In this document: positions 16,795 to 24,919 of the stretch, one piece after another | Position numbering within the stretch: position 1 is the first letter of the stretch | Layout: every line of letters starts with the position of its first letter | Origin: a virus | Lineage: Duplodnaviria; Caudoviricetes | Strand: one strand, 5' to 3' | Length of the DNA stretch: 37,348 nucleotides | Virus record (IMG/VR): IMGVR_UViG_3300027365_000031 | Coordinates: 1-37,348 of that record | Notes under the pieces: model-generated | Database searches by the model: none | What the model was told of the DNA's origin: nothing | Seen by the model: only the letters and a program-made list of their open reading frames with translations | Made by a program: the position numbers and the translations under genes

Positions 16795-19537
16795 TCTGAA
16801 CCTCAAGGTCAACCTCCAGGCGCTGGACAATGCCACGCGCCCACTGCGCACCATTGCCAGCGGCGCGACCAGCCTGGGTCGTGCGCTCAAGGACACCCGC
16901 GGCGAACTCAAGGGCCTGCAGGCCCTGCAGAAGGACGTCAGTTCATTCCGTAACCTCAAGGGCGCTGCCGACCAAACCGGCGGCGCCCTGCAAGCCAACC
17001 GCGAGCGCATCAAGGCGCTGTCCCGCGAAATGGCTGCAGCCGAAGCGCCTACCAAGGCGCTGACGCGTGAATTCCAGAGCGCGGTCCGCCAGGGCCACGC
17101 CCTCAAGCAGAAACACAACGAGCAGCAGCGCGAGCTGCAGGGCCTGCGCGGCAAGCTGGGCGAGGCGGGCATCAGCACCCGCAACCTCTCCGACCACGAA
17201 CGCGAGCTGCGCCAGCGCATCGAGCGCACCAACCAGACCATGGGCCAGCAGGAGCAGCGCCTCAAGCAGCTCACCGCCCAGCAGAAGCGCCTCGGCCAGG
17301 CCAAGGCCGACTACGACCGCACCCAGCAGCTGGCCGGCAGCATGGCCGCCACCGGTGCCGGCGGGCTGGCCACCGGCAGCGGCATGCTCTACGCCGGCGC
17401 GCAACTGATGGCGCCCGGGCTGGAATTCGACGCGGCCATGAGCAAGGTGCAGGCGTTGACCCGCCTCGACGGCGCCTCGGAAGAGATGGCCGCGCTGCGT
17501 GAGCAGGCCCGCCAGCTCGGTGCCAGCACCCAGTTCACCGCGGGGCAGGCGGCAGAAGCCCAGGGATTCCTGGCGATGGCCGGCTTCAAGGCCGAATCCA
17601 TCCAGGCGGCCATGCCGGGCATGCTCGACCTCGCCAAGGCCGGCGACAGCGGGCTGGCCGAAACGGCGGACATCGCCTCCAACATCCTCACCGGCTTCAA
17701 CCTGCAGGCGAGCGAAACCGGGCGCCTGGGCGACGTCCTGGTCGGCACCTTCACCCGCTCCAACACCAACCTGCAGATGCTCGGCGAGACGATGAAGTAC
17801 GCCGCGCCCGTGGCCGCATCGGTAGGGCAGGACATCGAGACCGTCGCCGCCATGGCCGGTAAGCTGGGTGACGCCGGTATCCAGGGCAGCATGGGCGGTA
17901 CCGCGCTGCGCGCCATTCTCAACCGCCTGAGCGCGCCACCGAAGGCTGCAGCGGATGCACTGAAAACGCTCGGCATCAGCGCCGTGGACGCCCAGGGCAA
18001 CCTGCGCGACATGCCCACCGTGCTGCAGGAGATCTACGAAAAGACCAAGAACATGGGCGACGCCGAGCGCGCCGGCCTGCTCAAGGGCATCGCCGGCGAG
18101 GAAGCGGTCGCAGGCCTGCAGGTGCTGGTCAAGCAGGCCGGCAGCGGTGCGCTGCAGGAGTTCGTCAGCACCCTCAAGAACACCGAGGGCGAGGCCAGCG
18201 CCACGGCCAAGACCATGGCCGACAACCTGCGCGGCGATCTCTCGGCCATGGGCAGCGCCTGGGAGGACCTGGGCATCCAGCTGCAGGAGCAGCAGAACGG
18301 CCCTATGCGCGAGATCACCCAGACCATCACCGGCATCATCGGTGGCGTGAAGGGCTGGATTGCCGAGAACCCCAAGCTGGCCGCCAACATCGTCAAGACC
18401 GCCGCAGGCATCGGCGTGCTGATGGCCGGCATGGGCGGGCTCACCCTGGCGATCGCCAGCATGCTCGGGCCGTTCGCCATGCTGCGCTACGGCATGACGC
18501 TGCTCGGCATCAAGGGCGGCGGCCTGGCTACCACCCTGTTCAACCTGGGCAAGGCGGCGCTGCCCGTCGTCGCCACCGGGCTGCGCCTGGTCGCCACCGC
18601 GGCCATGGCCAACCCCGTGGGGGCGCTGATCGGCGCGCTGGCCCTCGGCGCCACGTTGATCTACGCCAACTGGAGCCGCGTCGGCCCGTTCTTCCTCGGC
18701 CTCTGGAGCGAGATCAAGCAGGGCGTGGCCGGTGGGCTGGCCGGCATCGGCGCGCTGCTGCTTAACTTCAGCCCGCTGGGCTTTCTCTACCGTGCGTTTG
18801 CCGGCGTGATGAGTTGGTTCGGCGTCGAGCTGCCGAGCAAATTCAGCGAGTTCGGCGGCAACCTGGTGCAGGGGCTCATCAACGGCTTCACCAGCATGTT
18901 CCCCAACCTGACCGCGGCGATCGGCGGCGCTGCCGAGAGCGTCATCGGCACGTTCAAGAACCTGCTCGGCATCCACTCGCCGTCGCGGGTGTTCGCCGAG
19001 CTCGGTGGCCACACCATGGACGGCCTCGCGGTGGGCCTCGAGCAGGGGCAGGGCAACCCCTTCGCGGCGATGGAAGGCGTGGGCCAGGGCCTGGCCGATG
19101 CCGGCGGCAGCGCGCTGGCCAGCGCCGGCAACCCGTTCGCCGCGCTCGGTGGCCACACCATGGACGGCCTCGCGGTGGGCCTCGAGCAGGGGCAGGGCAA
19201 CCCCTTCGCGGCGATGGAAGGCGTGGGCCAGGGCCTGGCCGATGCCGGCGGCAGCGCGCTGGCCAGCGCCGGCAACCCGTTCGCCGCGCTCGCCGGCATG
19301 GAGTCGGGCGCCTCTACCGCGTTGGCCGCCGATGTACCGCTCGACTCGCGCCCACCGCTGGCGGCGCGCGCGCCGGCTGCCGCAGCAGGCGCAGGTGGCA
19401 ACACCTACAACGTCAACATCACCGCCGCGCCCGGCATGGACCCTGCCGCGATCGCGCGCATGGTGCGCGCCGAGCTGGAGCGCATCGAGCGCGAGAAGGG
19501 CGCCCGTGCCCGCTCATCCCTATTCGACCAGGAGTAG
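16784..19537 (+). CDS. gpT: Tail tape measure protein (TP901-type core)
   Basis: 917 aa, Ala/Gly-rich helical; FDAAMSKVQA...LGASTQFTAGQAAEAQGFLAMAGF; GIHSPSRVF. Confidence 0.95.
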   Translation: MARDLNLKVNLQALDNATRPLRTIASGATSLGRALKDTRGELKGLQALQKDVSSFRNLKGAADQTGGALQANRERIKALSREMAAAEAPTKALTREFQSAVRQGHALKQKHNEQQRELQGLRGKLGEAGISTRNLSDHERELRQRIERTNQTMGQQEQRLKQLTAQQKRLGQAKADYDRTQQLAGSMAATGAGGLATGSGMLYAGAQLMAPGLEFDAAMSKVQALTRLDGASEEMAALREQARQLGASTQFTAGQAAEAQGFLAMAGFKAESIQAAMPGMLDLAKAGDSGLAETADIASNILTGFNLQASETGRLGDVLVGTFTRSNTNLQMLGETMKYAAPVAASVGQDIETVAAMAGKLGDAGIQGSMGGTALRAILNRLSAPPKAAADALKTLGISAVDAQGNLRDMPTVLQEIYEKTKNMGDAERAGLLKGIAGEEAVAGLQVLVKQAGSGALQEFVSTLKNTEGEASATAKTMADNLRGDLSAMGSAWEDLGIQLQEQQNGPMREITQTITGIIGGVKGWIAENPKLAANIVKTAAGIGVLMAGMGGLTLAIASMLGPFAMLRYGMTLLGIKGGGLATTLFNLGKAALPVVATGLRLVATAAMANPVGALIGALALGATLIYANWSRVGPFFLGLWSEIKQGVAGGLAGIGALLLNFSPLGFLYRAFAGVMSWFGVELPSKFSEFGGNLVQGLINGFTSMFPNLTAAIGGAAESVIGTFKNLLGIHSPSRVFAELGGHTMDGLAVGLEQGQGNPFAAMEGVGQGLADAGGSALASAGNPFAALGGHTMDGLAVGLEQGQGNPFAAMEGVGQGLADAGGSALASAGNPFAALAGMESGASTALAADVPLDSRPPLAARAPAAAAGAGGNTYNVNITAAPGMDPAAIARMVRAELERIEREKGARARSSLFDQE
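19001..19288 (+). repeat. Perfect 2 x 144-bp in-frame tandem duplication in tape measure gene
   Basis: 19001-19144 identical to 19145-19288 (48 aa LGGHTMDG...GNPFAA twice). Confidence 0.95.
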
Positions 19538-19543
19538 CAGACC

Positions 19544-19984
19544 ATGATGATGGCCCTCGGCATGTTCGTGTTCAGCCTGGAGACCCTGGCCTACCAGGAA
19601 TTCCAGCGCCAGACGGAATGGCGCCACGGCTCCACCAACCGCATCGGCACCAACCCGGCGCGGCAGTACCTGGGGCGCGGTGATGACAGCATCACCCTGC
19701 CGGGCGTGCTGCTGCCCGCGCTGGCTGGCAGCCAGCTGAGTCTGGATGCCCTGCGCACCATGGCCGACACCGGCAAGGCCTGGCCGCTGGTGGAGGGCAC
19801 CGGGAAAATCTACGGCACCTGGGTCATCGAGAGCCTGAGCGAGACGCGCACCCTGTTCTTCCGCGACGGCCAGGCGCGCCGCATCGAGTTCACCCTCTCG
19901 CTCAAACGAATCGACGATGGCCGGGTGGATCTGCTCGGCAGCGCCATCGCCGCCGGCGGCAACCTCCTGCGGAGGCTGCTGTGA
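19544..19984 (+). CDS. gpU: Tail protein U
   Basis: MMMALGMFVFSLETLAYQ...QYLGRG...IEFTLSLKR. Confidence 0.93.
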   Translation: MMMALGMFVFSLETLAYQEFQRQTEWRHGSTNRIGTNPARQYLGRGDDSITLPGVLLPALAGSQLSLDALRTMADTGKAWPLVEGTGKIYGTWVIESLSETRTLFFRDGQARRIEFTLSLKRIDDGRVDLLGSAIAAGGNLLRRLL

Positions 19985-21264
19985 TCGAGGAACTGCTCAC
20001 CCAGGGCAAGGGCCTGCTCGACCAGGCCAAGGGCTACGCCCAGCAGGCCGCGGACAAGTACCGCGACGCCACCGCCTACCCGCAGCCGATCTGCCGCGTG
20101 GTAGTCAACGGGCAGGACATCACCAGCGCCATCGAGCAGCGCCTCATCAGCATCGAGCTGACCGACAACCGCGGCATGGAGGCCGACCAGCTCAGCATCA
20201 GCCTCAGCGACCACGACGGCCTGCTTGCCATCCCGCCACGCGGCGCCGTGGTGCGCCTGTGGCTCGGCTGGCATGACACCGGCCTGGTGGACAAGGGCAG
20301 CTACACCGTGGACGAGGTCGAGCACAGCGGCGCGCCGGACATGCTCACCATCCGCGCCCGCAGCGCCGACCTGCGCGAGGGGCTCAAAGCGAAGAAGGAA
20401 CGCAGCTGGAGCGGGCAGACGCTCGGCGCCATCGTCCAGACCGTGGCCGCCGCCTACGGGCTCAGCCCAGTGATCAGCGCGGCGCTGTCGGTCATCCAGC
20501 TCGCCCAGGTCGACCAGGCCAACGAATCCGACGCCAACCTGCTCAGCCGCCTCGGCCAGCAATTCGACGCCATTGCCAGCATCAAGGCCGGGCGCCTGCT
20601 GTTCATGCCGGCCGGCAAGAGCACCACCGCCAGCGGCGCCGCACTGCCGCACATCACGCTCACCCGCGCCGACGGCGACAACCACCGCTACCTGCAGGCC
20701 GACCGCGACAGCTACAGCGGCGTGCGCGCCTATTACTACGAGCTCAACAGCGCCGAGAAGAAGGAGGCCATCGCCGGCGGCGGCGACAACCTCAAGGAGC
20801 TGCGCCACACCTACACCGACCAGGAGGCCGCCCTGCGCGCCGCCCGCGCCGAGTGGTCCCGCCTGCAGCGCGGCACCGCCACGCTCAGCTACACCCTGGC
20901 CAAGGGCCGCCCGGACCTGATCCCTGAACTCACCTACAGCCTGATCGGCGTGAAGGCCGACATCGACGCCGTGGTCTGGCTCGGCGCCAACGTGCGGCAC
21001 TCATTCACGCCGGACAGCTACACCACCGCCCTGGAGCTGGAATCCAAGCTGCCGGACGCCGACGACATCGCCGAGCTGGCCGACGCCGACAACTACACCG
21101 GCGTGCTCGCCTGGTACCGCGACGAGAAAACCGGCGAGCAGAAGAAACTCACCGAAGGCGACCAGGCCAGCCCCAAACGGCTGCTGCACCTGTACGCCGA
21201 AAAGAGCAGCGCCCAGCGCGCCGTGGAGCGGGAATGGAAACGGATGCAGCAAGCGAACGCCTGA
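19981..21264 (+). CDS. gpD: Tail/baseplate hub protein D (late control D family)
   Basis: LTDNRGMEADQL...DKGSYTVDEVEHSGAPD...DQANESDANLLSRL. Confidence 0.93.
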   Translation: MIEELLTQGKGLLDQAKGYAQQAADKYRDATAYPQPICRVVVNGQDITSAIEQRLISIELTDNRGMEADQLSISLSDHDGLLAIPPRGAVVRLWLGWHDTGLVDKGSYTVDEVEHSGAPDMLTIRARSADLREGLKAKKERSWSGQTLGAIVQTVAAAYGLSPVISAALSVIQLAQVDQANESDANLLSRLGQQFDAIASIKAGRLLFMPAGKSTTASGAALPHITLTRADGDNHRYLQADRDSYSGVRAYYYELNSAEKKEAIAGGGDNLKELRHTYTDQEAALRAARAEWSRLQRGTATLSYTLAKGRPDLIPELTYSLIGVKADIDAVVWLGANVRHSFTPDSYTTALELESKLPDADDIAELADADNYTGVLAWYRDEKTGEQKKLTEGDQASPKRLLHLYAEKSSAQRAVEREWKRMQQANA

Positions 21265-21368
21265 GCGAACCCACGGCCGAGCCGGCGCCGTATCGGCGGC
21301 CGCTATCGACCTGGGAACTGGTGGACGAGGAGTGGGAAGAGCGCGACGACGCGCCGATGTGCATGTGA
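21234..21368 (+). CDS. Possible small acidic protein (44 aa)
   Basis: METDAASERLSEP...WELVDEEWEERDDAPMCM*, GGAG upstream, overlaps end of D. Confidence 0.35.
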   Translation: METDAASERLSEPTAEPAPYRRPLSTWELVDEEWEERDDAPMCM

Positions 21369-21391
21369 GCAGGAAAATTTGCCATCAGTGC

Positions 21392-21421
21392 TTGACGGTG
21401 CACCAATGGTGCACCTATTAT
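21392..21421 (+). promoter_or_regulatory. Sigma70 promoter with palindromic operator (moron promoter)
   Basis: TTGACG-N18-TATTAT; spacer filled by GGTGCACC-AAT-GGTGCACC. Confidence 0.8.
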
Positions 21422-21500
21422 TCACATCAACGGGACGCGCAACGCACCCGCCACTGAAGAAGCCGGGCATACCGCCACGGCATGCACAGAGGGAAACACC

Positions 21501-21749
21501 ATGACCAACTTCACTATCAACTCCCGCGCTCACGGCCAGATCTCGTTTTTCATGCCCAATGGCGGCGGCTATGTTCGTCTCGAGTCGAGCGGCAAGCCCG
21601 GCACCCTGGGCAAACAGCTCTGCGCAGGCGGCGACTTCATGGGCAGCACTATCTCTGCCACACCGGAAACCTTCGAGCGTGCATGCCGCCGCTGGCATAA
21701 GCAGCGCTTGGCGGCGATCCGCGAATTTGGCATGGAATACGGCAACTAA
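21501..21749 (+). CDS. Hypothetical moron protein (82 aa)
   Basis: First ORF after the promoter, GAGGG RBS. Confidence 0.7.
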   Translation: MTNFTINSRAHGQISFFMPNGGGYVRLESSGKPGTLGKQLCAGGDFMGSTISATPETFERACRRWHKQRLAAIREFGMEYGN

Positions 21750-21796
21750 AGCCCCCGCCCCGGCCCAGCGCCGGGGCTCTCACCTGGAGCACCACC

Positions 21797-22192
21797 ATGG
21801 CCAAGAAAGCCGGCATTCACATCGGCCCGCAGCTGGACGCCATCATCGGCGTGACCGGCGACGAGACGGGCATCACAACCAGCAAGCGCGTCAACGTCAT
21901 CGGCGACCGCTACGCCGAGATCCTGCGCCGCGAGCGCATCGAGAAGCAGTTCAGCGAAGCCGAGTGGAACGCCCTGCGCGACATGCTCAACGGCACGCTG
22001 AGCGAGCCGGCCGAGCTGATCCGCGGCAGCCTGGCGATGGGCTGGGAGGATTCGGTCGAGGACGGCCTCGCCGAGAAATGGGACGTCGACCCCGCCGCGC
22101 TGCAGCAGAAGCTCGCCGCGCTGTCCTACGTCCAGGAAGTGGCGGTCATCGAGGCCGTCGAGCGCTGGTGGCGCAGCCAGGGGGCGCAGTGA
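21797..22192 (+). CDS. Hypothetical moron protein, possible ribbon-helix-helix DNA-binding N-terminus
   Basis: GGAG RBS; MAKKAGIHIGPQLDAII...TTSKRVNVIGDRY; phage-like codon usage. Confidence 0.75.
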   Translation: MAKKAGIHIGPQLDAIIGVTGDETGITTSKRVNVIGDRYAEILRRERIEKQFSEAEWNALRDMLNGTLSEPAELIRGSLAMGWEDSVEDGLAEKWDVDPAALQQKLAALSYVQEVAVIEAVERWWRSQGAQ

Positions 22193-22193
22193 C

Positions 22194-22784
22194 ATGGCCA
22201 ATGAGTGGCTGCACCAGCGGGCGCTTTCAACAAGCCCGGAAGTGCTGCGCAGCGTCGACCAAGGCCTGTTCCTGGACGGACTCAAGCAATGGTCCGAGCG
22301 GTACCTGAACAAGCCGCTGAGCAACGACCTCGCCGCCGAACTGGCGATGGTCAATCGCAACGTGTTCGAGGCCTGGCGCACGTCGCCAGCTGCCGCAACG
22401 CACCGCAGAATGCCTCTCGTGCGGCGGATGCTGCTGGTGTTCCGGCTGCTCGAGCAACTGCCGAGCATGCCCCGCTACACGCCTGAAGAAGAGGCCCTGA
22501 TTCGCGATTGCTGGGGGAAGAAGCCCATTTCGCAGATTGCCGCCCTGCTGCAGCGCACCCCTGTCGCGGTGGACTTCAAGGCGCGACAGATGGGGCTGCC
22601 GTTCAATGAGCCCCGGCGGCCGTTCAGCGCCGAGGAGCTTGAAGTGGTCGCCAGAGACTACGAGCAGGTAGGCGCGGTCGCATTGGCAGAGCGGCTCGGG
22701 AGAAGCGCGCAGGCGGTGCGCAACAAGGCCGCTCAGCTGGGCATCAAAGGGCGAATGGGGCGCCCGCGCAAGCGGCGCTCATGA
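22194..22784 (+). CDS. Hypothetical protein with two C-terminal Myb/HTH-like repeats
   Basis: YTPEEEALIR...IAALLQRTPVAVDFKARQMGL and FSAEELEVVA...LAERLGRSAQAVRNKAAQLGI. Confidence 0.72.
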   Translation: MANEWLHQRALSTSPEVLRSVDQGLFLDGLKQWSERYLNKPLSNDLAAELAMVNRNVFEAWRTSPAAATHRRMPLVRRMLLVFRLLEQLPSMPRYTPEEEALIRDCWGKKPISQIAALLQRTPVAVDFKARQMGLPFNEPRRPFSAEELEVVARDYEQVGAVALAERLGRSAQAVRNKAAQLGIKGRMGRPRKRRS

Positions 22785-22791
22785 GGCGCAG

Positions 22792-22813
22792 GAAGGCGTC
22801 CCGCGGCGCCTTC
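22792..22813. terminator. Hairpin between convergent genes
   Basis: GAAGGCG...CGCCTTC inverted repeat at the convergence point; no clear U tract. Confidence 0.45.
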
Positions 22814-22988
22814 AGTGTTTCTGGCCGGTCTCGGCCAGCGCCGAGACGAAGCGCACCGCATGCGCGCGGTCTTCGGGGGTGCACTGGCGGTACCAGCGCA
22901 ACAGCATCCGTTCCGTCTGGGTCAGCGCAACCACCTCCTGCTGCACTTCCGGGGCCAGCTGACGGACTTCCTTCTGACTCGACAACAT
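22812..22988 (-). CDS. LexA-controlled 58-aa protein similar to repressor C-terminal domain (putative antirepressor)
   Basis: MLSSQKEV...LTQTERMLLRWYRQCTPEDRAHAVRFVSALAETGQKH; GGAG RBS 7 nt upstream; SOS box just upstream. Confidence 0.75.
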   Translation of the reverse strand: MLSSQKEVRQLAPEVQQEVVALTQTERMLLRWYRQCTPEDRAHAVRFVSALAETGQKH

Positions 22989-23008
22989 GCGCGAACTCCA
23001 TACGCAAA

Positions 23009-23028
23009 TACTGTATGGCCATACAGTA
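23009..23028. promoter_or_regulatory. LexA (SOS) box
   Basis: TACTGTATGGCCATACAGTA, perfect palindrome matching CTGT-N8-ACAG. Confidence 0.92.
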
Positions 23029-23082
23029 TAGGAGGGATGACGTTTTGCCAACGCGTCAACAATTCGCACAGGCCCAGCAGGG

Positions 23083-23406
23083 TCATCGGCAGCGTGCAAG
23101 GCCATCCTCGAGCACCTGGCCGACCGACACCTTCGCCCCCTTGATTGCCGGGTCATCGCGCCACACGGCGGCCAGCGGCTCCAGGCCAAGCGCGCCGGCC
23201 TTGGCTTTTGCCTGACCGTTGAGCGCATACATACGGCCGCTCTCGGCATCGCTAACCGCCACCGCCTGCCCGGCAAAGCAATGCAGGTGCCCTTCGTCGA
23301 AGGTGAACGGCCAGTCTTCGCCATAGGTTTCAGCGTCGATCAGCTTGGGCGGAGCGGCGAGGGCGAGGGGGCTGGCCAGCAGCAGGCCGAGCAGGATCTT
23401 GCGCAT
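23083..23406 (-). CDS. Secreted YebY/DUF2511-like protein
   Basis: Signal peptide MRKILLGLLLASPLALA; WPFT...LHC...YALNG.A...DDP...KVS...C pattern with two Cys. Confidence 0.75.
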   Translation of the reverse strand: MRKILLGLLLASPLALAAPPKLIDAETYGEDWPFTFDEGHLHCFAGQAVAVSDAESGRMYALNGQAKAKAGALGLEPLAAVWRDDPAIKGAKVSVGQVLEDGLARCR

Positions 23407-23431
23407 GGGTTACGTCCTTGTGTGGGTGGTG

Positions 23432-23671
23432 TCAGTGGCTGCGAATGCCGGTGATGATGTAGAACACATCAACTTCGCTGTTTGCGGCCAGCGCCTGCAG
23501 GTAGTCGATCGGCATCACCGAGGTGCCGTTTTCAAAGCGCTTCTGCATGTAGTCCGTCTGGCCGGCGAGGTGCGCCAGCTCGTGCACCTGTAACCCGAGG
23601 CGCTTGCGCTCCTCGAGGAGGCGATCGCCGAAATCGCGGGGGCTGTCGTCGAGGTCGATTGCTGCTGCCAT
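23432..23671 (-). CDS. XRE-family HTH-only protein, paralogue of the repressor N-terminal domain
   Basis: FGDRLLEERKRLGL...DYLQAL...VDVFYIITG; AAGGAG RBS. Confidence 0.85.
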   Translation of the reverse strand: MAAAIDLDDSPRDFGDRLLEERKRLGLQVHELAHLAGQTDYMQKRFENGTSVMPIDYLQALAANSEVDVFYIITGIRSH

Positions 23672-23715
23672 GGTGCTCTCCTTGTCATGTCACTCAGCGG
23701 TGAGTGAGTCCGCCG

Positions 23716-24060
23716 CTATTTACTTGTTTCGTACCGTCCCGCTGACTCTGCCAGCGCCGTGGTCAAACGCCGCACTGCGGCACGGTCATCGTCGGGCATC
23801 GAGCGGTAGTGATTCAGCACCTCACTCTCGTCGGCGGCGAGCCCCGCAGCCGTTACCGGCGTGCGCTGGCCCGTGAGCAGGTACAGCACGTCAACGCCGG
23901 CCGCCGACAGGCCGGTCAGATACTCAGCATCTGGGCTGCGCTCCCCGGCTTCGTACTTGCCCTGGGCGTTCGCCTTCACGCCACCGAGTGCACCGAAATC
24001 CGCTTGTGAGAGGCCCAGCCGCTTCCTTTCTTCGCGCAGTCGTTCGCCAAGACCACTCAT
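23716..24060 (-). CDS. Immunity repressor (XRE HTH plus short helical C-terminal domain, no S24 peptidase)
   Basis: MSGLGERLREERKRLGLSQADFG...YEAGERSPDAEYL...VDVLYLLTG; divergent from early operon. Confidence 0.9.
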   Translation of the reverse strand: MSGLGERLREERKRLGLSQADFGALGGVKANAQGKYEAGERSPDAEYLTGLSAAGVDVLYLLTGQRTPVTAAGLAADESEVLNHYRSMPDDDRAAVRRLTTALAESAGRYETSK

Positions 24061-24140
24061 TTGGATAGAAATTCCCGTTGACACCACTCATTCGGGTGGT
24101 AATCTGTCGCCACATTGAACGCATTTGAATGGTTTTGAAT
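24052..24140. promoter_or_regulatory. Lysis/lysogeny switch: early promoter and operators
   Basis: TTGACA(24078)-N16-TAATCT(24100); ACCACTCATT at 24052 and 24083; TTGAA at 24115, 24125, 24135. Confidence 0.8.
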
Positions 24141-24141
24141 C

Positions 24142-24393
24142 ATGCCAGCCACACGCACCCCCAAACAAGCGAAGGAATGGCTCGCCAAACAGGGCAAGAC
24201 CGTCCAGGAATTTGCCCGCGAGCATGGCCTCGACCCGTTCACCTGCTACCAGGTGCTTTCCGGCAAGAAGAAGGGCACCCGCGGCGAGTCGCATCGCGCC
24301 GCCGTGCTGCTGGGCATCAAGGAAGGCGTGGCGGATGTGCCCGACCAGTACGGGCGCCGCGCCAGCGATATCGGCGCTGTGATTTCACAGTAA
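24142..24393 (+). CDS. Cox/Cro-like DNA-binding protein (BcepMu gp16-like family)
   Basis: TPKQAKEWLAKQGKTVQEFAREHG...YQVLSG...RGESHRAAVLLGIK; first gene of the early operon. Confidence 0.82.
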   Translation: MPATRTPKQAKEWLAKQGKTVQEFAREHGLDPFTCYQVLSGKKKGTRGESHRAAVLLGIKEGVADVPDQYGRRASDIGAVISQ

Positions 24394-24422
24394 TGGCACC
24401 TGGCCCAGCGAGAAACAAGAAC

Positions 24423-24890
24423 ATGAAGCGCCCGATCCTAGAAACCCGCCGCCAGATGATGAGTGCCGTGGTGTGCGCCTACCCGGGCGGCCGCGAATGC
24501 GCCGCAGCGCGCCTGGGCATGGACGTCAAGAAGTTCGACAACCACCTCTACGAGAACGCCGGCAGCAAGCCGCTCTCGGACGAGCAGATCCACCTGCTCG
24601 AGCAGCAGGCCGGCACCACGCACTTTCCAGACTATGTCGCTGCAATGTACGGCGGCGTGTTCGTACCGGATGCCAACCCGGGCGACCTGGACAACCTGGC
24701 GCTCTATGAGCGTTCGATGCGCACCGCCGTGCTGCGCGGCGCGGTAGACCAGATCCTCTGCGAAGCGCTGGACAACGGCCACATCGACGAGGAGGAACGC
24801 AAGGTCATCCTCGCCGCGCACCACCGCCACATGGCTGCCCGCCATGAGGAAATCAACGCAGTCATCGTGCTGCACAGCCAGCAGCCGTAA
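24423..24890 (+). CDS. YmfL/CII-like phage regulatory protein
   Basis: AYPGGRECAAARLGM...FDNHLYE...GGVFVP...DNGHIDEEE. Confidence 0.75.
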   Translation: MKRPILETRRQMMSAVVCAYPGGRECAAARLGMDVKKFDNHLYENAGSKPLSDEQIHLLEQQAGTTHFPDYVAAMYGGVFVPDANPGDLDNLALYERSMRTAVLRGAVDQILCEALDNGHIDEEERKVILAAHHRHMAARHEEINAVIVLHSQQP

Positions 24891-24919
24891 GCACGGCACG
24901 GAATTGGGGAGGGGAACCC

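Noticed and set aside
16943-19156. Long antisense and alternate-frame ORFs (737 aa here; also 9464-10750, 31745-33046, 470-1624)
   Set aside because: Shadow ORFs typical of high-GC3 coding DNA; no motifs or initiation signals, unlike the nested methyltransferase frame
22812-23324. 170-aa ORF as called in the track
   Set aside because: Its 5' part overlaps the YebY-like gene and the LexA box; the supported gene starts at 22988 with its own RBS
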